Shown here piece by piece: positions 40,196 to 47,614 of a DNA stretch of 64,000 bases. How positions within the stretch are numbered: position 1 is the first letter of the stretch; each line of letters starts with the position of its first letter. The DNA comes from a bacterium. Its GTDB lineage: Bacteria; Acidobacteriota; Blastocatellia; HR10. Both the position numbers and the translations under genes were made by a program. The notes beneath the pieces were generated by a model, which was not told where the DNA came from, did not search any database, and saw nothing but the letters and a program-made list of their open reading frames with translations. The DNA lies in contig JBEPZV010000001.1 of NCBI GenBank assembly GCA_041640655.1, positions 128,001-192,000 of the forward strand, read 5' to 3'.

Positions 40196-41351
40196 GAGCC
40201 TCAAGGACAGAGTGGCCATCATCGGGATCGGTTGCACGAAGTTCGGCGAGCTGCACGAGAAGAGCCTTCAAGACCTGATGGTCGAGGCGAGCTTCGCCGC
40301 TTACGCGGACGCGGGGATCGAGCCCGATCGCGTGGAAGCGGCGTGGCTGGGAACGTTCTCACCGGGTTTCGGGGGAGGGAAGGCGAGCGTCACCCTGGCC
40401 GACGCGCTGCGACTCTATGGCAAGCCGATCACCCGCGTGGAGAACTACTGCGCCACGGGGACCGATGCCTTCCGAAACGCGTGCCTGGCCGTGGCCGCCG
40501 GCGTCTACGAAGTGGCCTTGGTCGTCGGAGCGGAGAAGTTGCGAGATCGGCCCGTGCGGGGATTGCAACGCGAGGGGACGCATCCGTACTTGGAAGCGGG
40601 CTCGACCCCACCGGGACTTTTCGCCCTGGCAGCGAATCGGTATTTCCATCGCTTCGGCGGGGATCGGCGGACGTTGGCCAAGGTCGCCGTCAAGAATCAT
40701 CACAACGGAGCCCTCAATCCGAAAGCCCATTTTCAGATGGAGGTGACCGAGGAGCAGGTCCTCAACGCGCCGCTCATCGCCTATCCGTTCGGTCTGTATG
40801 ACTGCTGCCCCACGACAGACGGAGCCGCGGCCGTCATCATCTGTCGGGCCGATCTGGCGCGGCAGTTTCGAGACGATCCGGTCTACGTGAAGGGCATCGG
40901 ATTGGCCGTGGAGACGGGATGGCCTTTCTTCGATCCCACGTTCGAGTACATCGGGTTCCCGGCGACGACGGCGGCGGCGGCCGAAGCCTATCGCATGGCG
41001 GGAATCCGCCACCCGGCGCGGGAGATCTCCGTGGCCGAAGTGCATGATTGTTTCACGTGGACCGAGATCGCCAATTATGAGGACCTGGGCTTCTGTCGGA
41101 AGGGCGAGGGGAGGTACTTCATCGAGGAGGGACGGAGCGCGCTCACGGGCGATCTGCCCGTGAATCCGAGCGGCGGATTGAAATCGTTCGGCCATCCGAT
41201 CGGAGCCAGCGGCGTGCGCATGCTCACGGAGATCGTCCTGCAGTTGCGCGGTCAAGCCGGAGCTCGCCAGGTGAAGAACGCCGAGCTGGGACTCGTGCAT
41301 AATCTGGGCGGACCCGGCTCGGTCGCCTGCGTCGTCATTCTCGGACGGTGA
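40188..41351 (+). CDS. SCP-x-type thiolase / acetyl-CoA acetyltransferase
   Basis: RVENYCATG (Cys kept), EVHDCF, GHPIGASG. Confidence 0.92.
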   Translation: MGESLKDRVAIIGIGCTKFGELHEKSLQDLMVEASFAAYADAGIEPDRVEAAWLGTFSPGFGGGKASVTLADALRLYGKPITRVENYCATGTDAFRNACLAVAAGVYEVALVVGAEKLRDRPVRGLQREGTHPYLEAGSTPPGLFALAANRYFHRFGGDRRTLAKVAVKNHHNGALNPKAHFQMEVTEEQVLNAPLIAYPFGLYDCCPTTDGAAAVIICRADLARQFRDDPVYVKGIGLAVETGWPFFDPTFEYIGFPATTAAAAEAYRMAGIRHPAREISVAEVHDCFTWTEIANYEDLGFCRKGEGRYFIEEGRSALTGDLPVNPSGGLKSFGHPIGASGVRMLTEIVLQLRGQAGARQVKNAELGLVHNLGGPGSVACVVILGR

Positions 41352-41359
41352 ACATCGTT

Positions 41360-41383
41360 CGGGCAACCCCGCGGGGGATCCCT
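41360..41383 (+). repeat. Degenerate short palindromic element, intergenic
   Basis: CGGGCAACCCCGCGGGGGATCCCT resembles the 24-bp form. Confidence 0.45.
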
Positions 41384-41396
41384 GAAGGAGTCGAGG

Positions 41397-42248
41397 ATGC
41401 GTATCGTCGTCTGCCTGACGCAGATTCTCGATCCGGAGATGCCGCCGAGTGAATTTCGACTGGATCCGCAACGAAAGGCGGCCGCCGAGGGGATCGGACA
41501 GCTCGTCGTCAGCATCTTCGATGAGAACGCGCTCGAGGTGGCGCTGCAGGTGCGCGAGCGCATAGCCGAGCGCGAGGGAGCACCCCACGCGATCTCTCGA
41601 TCGCGTGAGGACCCCGGCCCGGTGGAGATCGTCGCGCTCACCGTCGGTCCTCCTTCGGCCGCCGACGTCCTGCGGAAGGCGCTCAGTCTGCGCGCCGATC
41701 GCGCCATTTTGATCTCCAGCGAGGGATGGCCTCCGCTGGAAGGCGCCATCGTCGCCCGCCTTCTGGCCGCCGCCGTGAGACGGCTCCATCCGGTGGACCT
41801 CGTGCTCTGCGGGCGCGAGACGGGAGATTGGCATGGGGGACAGGTCGGCGCCTTCCTGGCCGAAGCGCTCGGATGGGCGAGCGTGAGCTTCGTCTCCCGC
41901 ATCGAGGTGGAGGGGGAGACCTTCCTCATGCGACGCCAATCGGACGAAGGATGGGAGATCGTGCGCGCGAGACGACCCGCCGTGGCGACGATCACCAACG
42001 ATGAGACGAACGTCCCGCGCTTGCCGAAGGTCAGAGATACGATGCTGGCCGCCCGCGCGTCGCTCCCCGTGTGGACGATCCCGGAACTGGTCGAAGATCC
42101 GAGAGAGCTGTGGCAGGCGAATGCCCTGCAGGTGCGCGAGTTGTTCATTCCGAGCAGCTCGAAGGCGTGCGAGGTGATCGAGGGGGAGACGGTTCAGGAG
42201 AAAGCCGTTCGGCTTCTCCAGGCGCTGCGCCGACGACGGATTCTCTGA
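41397..42248 (+). CDS. etfB: Electron transfer flavoprotein beta subunit, with an in-frame palindrome insertion
   Basis: MRIVVCLTQILDP, FDENALEVAL, TVGP, DLVLCG..GQVG, NVPRLP. Confidence 0.92.
   Translation: MRIVVCLTQILDPEMPPSEFRLDPQRKAAAEGIGQLVVSIFDENALEVALQVRERIAEREGAPHAISRSREDPGPVEIVALTVGPPSAADVLRKALSLRADRAILISSEGWPPLEGAIVARLLAAAVRRLHPVDLVLCGRETGDWHGGQVGAFLAEALGWASVSFVSRIEVEGETFLMRRQSDEGWEIVRARRPAVATITNDETNVPRLPKVRDTMLAARASLPVWTIPELVEDPRELWQANALQVRELFIPSSSKACEVIEGETVQEKAVRLLQALRRRRIL
41577..41616 (+). repeat. 40-bp palindromic element inside etfB
   Basis: GGAGCACCCCACGCGATCTCTCGATCGCGTGAGGACCCCG; 35/40 match to consensus; encodes GAPHAISRSREDP. Confidence 0.9.
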
Positions 42249-42268
42249 GCTGAGAGGAGGACGTCCTC

Positions 42269-43264
42269 ATGCGCACCGTGATGGTTCTCCTGCCGACATC
42301 CCGCATCGAGCGGGCCGAGCGCGAGGCCATCGGCGCCGCGCGCGCGTTGTCGCGGGAATGGTCGGCGAACGTGCAGGTGGCCCTCATCGCCCCAACGGCG
42401 GAGGGAATCGAAGGCCTCCGAGGGAGGACGGAGGCCTCTGGAGATGTGCGCCTGTGGATCGCCGCCCATCCGCAGCTGGCGGCGTATTCGCCCGAGCTGT
42501 ATGTGAGCGCCAGCGAACAGCTCATCACACGCGCGCGACCGGACGTGATTGTCTTCCCCAGTCGGACGATCCCGCTTGAGATCGCGCCGCGTCTCGCATA
42601 CCGGATCGGGGCGGCGATGGCGACCGATGTCATCGAGCTGCGCGCCGAGGATGAGACCGTCCGCATCACGAAGCCCGTCTACGGCGGCAAGGCGCACGCG
42701 GTGTTGATGGCGCAACGGTTCCCCCTCGTCCTCTGCGTGCGCCCGCGCGCGTTCGATCCGTTTGAGGGGGAGCTGCGCGACGATGCGGCGATGCGCGTCC
42801 AGGTGACGCTCGATCCCTCGTCCGTCCGCACGCAGCTCGTCCGACGGATTCAAGAGGACGCCGCGGCGGGAGTGTCGCTCGAAGAGGCGCGCGTCATCGT
42901 CAGCGGCGGGCGCGGCCTCGGCGGACCCGAGGGCTTCCGATTGCTCGAAGAATTGGCGCGGTGGCTCGGCGGCGCCGTCGGCGCTTCGCGCGCGGCGTGC
43001 GACGCCGGGTGGGTGCCGGCCAGCTGGCAAATCGGGCAAACGGGAAAGAAGGTCGCCCCCGATCTCTATATCGCCGTCGGGATCTCCGGAGCCAGCCAGC
43101 ACATCGTCGGCATCTCCGGGGCCAAGTGCATCGTCGCCATCAACACGGACCCCAAAGCGCCGATCTTCACAGTGGCGGATCTCGGGATCGTCGGCGATTA
43201 TCGAGCGGTCGTCCCCGCTCTGATCGCGGAGGTCAAACGGATGCGTGAGGAAGCAGAGGGATGA
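42269..43264 (+). CDS. etfA: Electron transfer flavoprotein alpha subunit
   Basis: [45 protein letters not shown]. Confidence 0.95.
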   Translation: MRTVMVLLPTSRIERAEREAIGAARALSREWSANVQVALIAPTAEGIEGLRGRTEASGDVRLWIAAHPQLAAYSPELYVSASEQLITRARPDVIVFPSRTIPLEIAPRLAYRIGAAMATDVIELRAEDETVRITKPVYGGKAHAVLMAQRFPLVLCVRPRAFDPFEGELRDDAAMRVQVTLDPSSVRTQLVRRIQEDAAAGVSLEEARVIVSGGRGLGGPEGFRLLEELARWLGGAVGASRAACDAGWVPASWQIGQTGKKVAPDLYIAVGISGASQHIVGISGAKCIVAINTDPKAPIFTVADLGIVGDYRAVVPALIAEVKRMREEAEG

Positions 43265-43302
43265 ACGCTTGAACGCGACGAGACCTTCTGGGAGGACGCG
43301 AC

Positions 43303-44100
43303 ATGAGTGAGCCGACGGTGCAGCTTGTCGTGGACGATGGCGTGGCCACGGTGACGCTCAACCGGCCCGAGGCGTTGAACGCTATTGACGCGACGTTGGC
43401 GGCCGAGTTGCGCGAGGTCTTTCGAACGTTGGGAGCGCGAGAGGATGTTCGGGCCGTGATCCTGACGGGAGCGGGACGGGCGTTCTCGGCGGGTGCGGAT
43501 TTGAAGTACCTTCACCGGAGATTGGAGGAGGGCGCTTCGGCCGAACAGTTGCTGGACGAGTTGCTCGGGCCGTTGAACGATACAATTCGACTCATTCGGG
43601 GCATGCCGAAGATCATCATCGCGGCCATTCACGGGGTCGCCAGCGGTGGCGGCTGTAACCTCGCGCTGGCGTGCGATTATCGGGTGGCGGCTGTGGGGAC
43701 GCGGTTCAACCAGGCGTTCGTGCGACTCGGGATCGCTCCGGATTGCGGAGGGACGTTCATTGTGCCGCGCCTGATCGGCTGGACGAAGGCGTTCGAATGG
43801 ATGGTGAGTGGAGCGTTGATCGAGGCTGAGGAGGCGGCCGCCTGGGGACTCGTGCATCGCGTCGTCCCCGAGGATCGCGTGCTCGAAGAGGCGCGCGCCT
43901 TCGCGCGCTCCGTGTGCGAAGGGCCGACACGAGCGATCGTGACCATCAAACACTTGCTCGCGATGAGCCTCGGAGCCTCCCTGGATGAGCAGCTGGAGCG
44001 GGAGCGGCAGCTCGTGGGCTTGCTCGCCGGCACCGAGGATTTCCGCGAAGGCGTGCGCGCCTTCCTCGAGAAGCGCCCCCCGCGCTTCTCCGGGCGATGA
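43303..44100 (+). CDS. Enoyl-CoA hydratase/isomerase (PaaG-like)
   Basis: LNRPEALNA, FSAGADL, AFVRLGIAPDCGG, EDFREGVRAF. Confidence 0.9.
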   Translation: MSEPTVQLVVDDGVATVTLNRPEALNAIDATLAAELREVFRTLGAREDVRAVILTGAGRAFSAGADLKYLHRRLEEGASAEQLLDELLGPLNDTIRLIRGMPKIIIAAIHGVASGGGCNLALACDYRVAAVGTRFNQAFVRLGIAPDCGGTFIVPRLIGWTKAFEWMVSGALIEAEEAAAWGLVHRVVPEDRVLEEARAFARSVCEGPTRAIVTIKHLLAMSLGASLDEQLERERQLVGLLAGTEDFREGVRAFLEKRPPRFSGR

Positions 44101-44114
44101 CGCGTCGCCCCGAT

Positions 44115-44159
44115 CCTCCCGGGGTCCCCACGCGATCCGGAGATCGCGTGGGGTGCCCG
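44115..44159 (-). repeat. 40-bp palindromic element plus 5-nt flank, intergenic
   Basis: Reverse complement is identical over 45 nt to 47010-47054. Confidence 0.95.
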
Positions 44160-44179
44160 AACTCCCCGAACGGAGGACT

Positions 44180-45136
44180 ATGTCGAGCGCATTCGAATTC
44201 GTTCCCCCCGGTCTCGATCTCGCCGATGATGACATCCATCCCATCGGTCCGGAACCCTGGTGGCGCGAGGCCTGGTACTTCGAATTCTTCGACCCGGCTT
44301 CGCGCGTTCAGTTCCAGGTCTATCAAGGCATCTTCCCGAACGCCGGTCGAGGGGATCTGACCTGCTACGTGTTCGTGGAGGGACGCCTGCGATACGAGCT
44401 GATGAAGATGGACTTCGCGATTCCGTCCGACATCGGGCGGGAGCGCTTGTGCTTCGGCCCCTTGAAATTAGAGATGCTCGAGCCCTTCGTCCGATGGCGC
44501 TTGCGCTACGATAGCCCGAGGATGCAGTGCGATCTCTCCTTCCGCGCGCTCCATCGCGCCTTCAGTTGGGCGGAGACCCGGCTCTGGATGGAAGACGCTC
44601 CGGTCGGGCAGCAGAGCCGCCATTTCGATCAGGTGGGATGGTACGAGGGATGGCTGCATCTGGATGACGAGCAGCTCTCCATCTCGGCGATCGGGATGCG
44701 CGATCGGATGTGGGGGTGGGGAGGGCGCGCTCTCTGGCGCGGGTATCTGGTCCTGTGGGCGCCCTTCTCCGAAGCCTTCGTCGTCAATGTGGCGGCCATG
44801 AACTTCGCCGACGGTCGACGCCACCTCTGCGGATATCTCCATCGCGAGGGCGAACGCACCTATCTCGACTCCGCGCGCCTGACCATCACCTGGAGCGAGC
44901 AGCGATGGAAGTCGGTCGAACGTGTGCACGCGCAGCTCACCGATCGGCGCGGGCGGTCGCTCGCGCTCTCGGCCCGACCGCTCGGCATCATTGATACATC
45001 GCATCATTGGCCGCACCGATTCGATCACCTCCTCTTCTCCATCGGCGAATATGAGTGCCAGGGGATGACCGGCTACGGATGCCTGACGTGGAGCTTCGTC
45101 ACGGCGGAGGAGAAGATGCGCGCCATCGAGTTCTGA
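44180..45136 (+). CDS. Hypothetical beta-rich protein (AttH/CrtC/tocopherol-cyclase-like fold)
   Basis: WREAWYFEFFD, LEPFVRWRLRY, HFDQVG, GMRDRMWG; GGAGG RBS. Confidence 0.6.
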   Translation: MSSAFEFVPPGLDLADDDIHPIGPEPWWREAWYFEFFDPASRVQFQVYQGIFPNAGRGDLTCYVFVEGRLRYELMKMDFAIPSDIGRERLCFGPLKLEMLEPFVRWRLRYDSPRMQCDLSFRALHRAFSWAETRLWMEDAPVGQQSRHFDQVGWYEGWLHLDDEQLSISAIGMRDRMWGWGGRALWRGYLVLWAPFSEAFVVNVAAMNFADGRRHLCGYLHREGERTYLDSARLTITWSEQRWKSVERVHAQLTDRRGRSLALSARPLGIIDTSHHWPHRFDHLLFSIGEYECQGMTGYGCLTWSFVTAEEKMRAIEF

Positions 45137-45160
45137 GAGGCGAAGCTCGGAGACGTGGCC

Positions 45161-46372
45161 ATGAAGTCGACCGACCTCACCGGGATCCTCCCGCGATCTC
45201 TCGATCGCGTGGCGTGCCTGAACGCGCTGCTCCATCGGTTCGGGGAGAGCGTCCGTCACTTCTTCCGCGCCGAGCAACGCTCGCACCTGTTCTCCCCCCT
45301 CTTTCATCTCCCCGGGCGATTGATCGCGGGGAGCTATTGCTACTACGAGCACCTGGTGCCCTTGTTGCGACAGGTGGCGCGACAGATGCCGCCGGAAGCC
45401 CTCGCGCATCGGGTGAAGCGACTCGGGGCGCGACCCAACGAGATCAACGCCAATTCTCTGCTGCTCGGGTATCTGAACGGGCGGGAGCAGCGGCGGCTGC
45501 TCGGCCATCGCGTGGCAGATGATCCGGAGGAGATCGCCTTCCTCCTGGACTTCTGGGCGCGCTTCCTCGCCGCCTATCGCGCCGATGGTCGGCTCTTGCC
45601 GGAGGAGAGCGGATTCGTTCTGCCGGTGCTCGAAGCGCGAGCGCTCGAAGTGCTCCTGCCGGAACTCCATCCGGAACCGGAGCACGCACGACGCCAGCGA
45701 GGTCCCCATGTGATCGGGAGATCGCGTGGGGTGCCCGAGCGGATGCGTCGCGCCCTGGCCACGCTCGAGCTCTTCGCCTTCGTCTTCAACGGCGAGGCGC
45801 GCGTCGGCCTCTTTCACCACGGGCCCTATCCCCGACCCGACGGCACGTGCGTGCTCGTCAAGGAGCTGGTGGGGTTGCAGGACGATTTCTATTCCTGGGC
45901 GGAGGAGTCCGTGCGACTCCCCGTGGCCCATGTGGCCTGCCTCTTGCTCGTGAAGGACGTCGAAGTGAGAATCGGTTTATTCGGATCGCTCCGGACGGAG
46001 CCCCGGGAGTACGCTCAGAACGTCGTGGCCTGTGGCCTCTTCACCGCCACGGGGGAAGACGTTCGTCCTCTCACGCTCGAGGAGCTGGAGGAGATCGCCG
46101 CGCACGCGGCTGAGGCGCAGATGCGCCTCTATCGCCACTTCCTCACATGGGATGATCGGCGTCGCATCGCCTATGGAGCGGAGCTCTACGGGAACCTGCT
46201 GCGCGTCTTCGGCGATCAGGCGGGACTCGGGCCGGATTTCCATCGGGAGATCCGAGAGCGCTTCCGGGAGAGCACGGACCGACATCTACAAGCCATACTC
46301 GCTGGCGAGCCTCCGGCCATCCTGCGGCATATCGCGGAGACGGCGGGAGAGATCTACAGCCCCCTCGCATGA
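45161..46372 (+). CDS. Hypothetical protein, paralog A, with an in-frame palindrome insertion
   Basis: Long ORF with typical codon use; aligns with the next ORF (ARPN, DDPE..F.LDFW, YR.DG.LLPE, TLEL, HGPY). Confidence 0.8.
   Translation: MKSTDLTGILPRSLDRVACLNALLHRFGESVRHFFRAEQRSHLFSPLFHLPGRLIAGSYCYYEHLVPLLRQVARQMPPEALAHRVKRLGARPNEINANSLLLGYLNGREQRRLLGHRVADDPEEIAFLLDFWARFLAAYRADGRLLPEESGFVLPVLEARALEVLLPELHPEPEHARRQRGPHVIGRSRGVPERMRRALATLELFAFVFNGEARVGLFHHGPYPRPDGTCVLVKELVGLQDDFYSWAEESVRLPVAHVACLLLVKDVEVRIGLFGSLRTEPREYAQNVVACGLFTATGEDVRPLTLEELEEIAAHAAEAQMRLYRHFLTWDDRRRIAYGAELYGNLLRVFGDQAGLGPDFHREIRERFRESTDRHLQAILAGEPPAILRHIAETAGEIYSPLA
45698..45737 (-). repeat. 40-bp palindromic element inside paralog A
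   Basis: CGAGGTCCCCATGTGATCGGGAGATCGCGTGGGGTGCCCG; 36/40 match to the 44120-44159 copy; encodes RGPHVIGRSRGVP. Confidence 0.9.
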
Positions 46373-46384
46373 AGACCGGGTCGG

Positions 46385-47614
46385 ATGAGGCGCATGACCC
46401 TCGAGGAGATCAATCGCCACATCCGGCTGATCGCGGAACAGCTGAAGGCGTTCATGCGCTCGGAGCAACGCGCGCTCCTGCGATCGGCGCTTTTTGACGT
46501 CCCCCGCCGCTCCTCGCTCGGATGGGAATGCCTCTACCGCACGGCCTATCCGCTGCTGGCGGACCTCACGTCGGTCGTCACGCCTGAGGAGATCGGACGC
46601 CGGATGAAGCGCGTGTGCGCGCGCCCGAATTTCCTCACGCTGAGCATTCTGATCTGCTGCTACCTCGGGGGACGCCAGCAGCGGATCCTCGATCTCGGCG
46701 TGCGACCGGGAGAGCCCTTCCCCGAGGATGATCCCGAGCAGATCGGCTTCGTCCTCGACTTCTGGTGGCGCGTCTGCCGCACCTATCGCGAGGATGGTGC
46801 CCTCTTGCCGGAAGAGCGAGGAGGGACGATGCCGATCCTGCCGGCCGGAACGATCGCTCGACTCCGCGCGCTGCTGGTCGAGACGGATCCGCTCACGGTG
46901 AAACGCCTTCGTCGTCTGGCGGCGACGCTGGAGCTGTACGCGTTCATCCTGCACGGGGAGCAACGCGATGGCCTCTTCGCGCACGGCCCGTACGCGCTGC
47001 AGGAGCGGGCGGGCACCCCACGCGATCTCCGGATCGCGTGGGGACCCCGGGAGGTGCTCGTCATTCGCGAGTTCACCGACCTGCAGAACAGTTATCTCCC
47101 CTGGGCGCAGACGCGCGCGCGGAACCTCTACCCGAATCTGGCGCTCGCGCTCCAGCTTCGGGACGTGACGGCTCAGTTCGATCTCTTCGGAGGGGTGCGA
47201 TTCGATCCCCCGGAATATGCTGATCGCGTTCGCGCCGTCGCGTTGGTGACCGTGGCCGACAATGGGGAGATCCGAGCCGTCCCTTTCGAGGAGATCGAGG
47301 AGATCGAACGCCGCGCGGCCGACGCCCAGATGGAGCTGTATCAACGCGCGCTCTGCTGGTCGCCGCGCTTCAAGATCGAATACGGCCTCTACCTGTTCGC
47401 GAACCACGTGAAGGCGTTCTTCGATCTGGCGGGGGTGGAGGCGGGCGAGCGCATTCGTCGGGCGTTCGAAGAGGCCGCCGCTCCGTTCCTGCAGCGGTTG
47501 CTCGCCGATGCCGAACCACCATTCATCTGGCGGTTCATGGCGACGACAGAAGGCGATTTCTTCTATCCGATCTCCGCGCAGATGCCCGAACGTGAGGGAG
47601 GAGAGGGGCGATGA
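46385..47614 (+). CDS. Hypothetical protein, paralog B, with an in-frame palindrome insertion
   Basis: Aligns end to end with 45161-46372; ATGA overlap with the next gene. Confidence 0.8.
   Translation: MRRMTLEEINRHIRLIAEQLKAFMRSEQRALLRSALFDVPRRSSLGWECLYRTAYPLLADLTSVVTPEEIGRRMKRVCARPNFLTLSILICCYLGGRQQRILDLGVRPGEPFPEDDPEQIGFVLDFWWRVCRTYREDGALLPEERGGTMPILPAGTIARLRALLVETDPLTVKRLRRLAATLELYAFILHGEQRDGLFAHGPYALQERAGTPRDLRIAWGPREVLVIREFTDLQNSYLPWAQTRARNLYPNLALALQLRDVTAQFDLFGGVRFDPPEYADRVRAVALVTVADNGEIRAVPFEEIEEIERRAADAQMELYQRALCWSPRFKIEYGLYLFANHVKAFFDLAGVEAGERIRRAFEEAAAPFLQRLLADAEPPFIWRFMATTEGDFFYPISAQMPEREGGEGR
47010..47049 (+). repeat. 40-bp palindromic element inside paralog B (consensus copy)
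   Basis: CGGGCACCCCACGCGATCTCCGGATCGCGTGGGGACCCCG; encodes GTPRDLRIAWGPR. Confidence 0.95.

Noticed and set aside
41577..47049. CRISPR array interpretation of the palindromic repeats
   Set aside because: Copies are kilobases apart, in both orientations, inside genes, with no spacers or cas genes.
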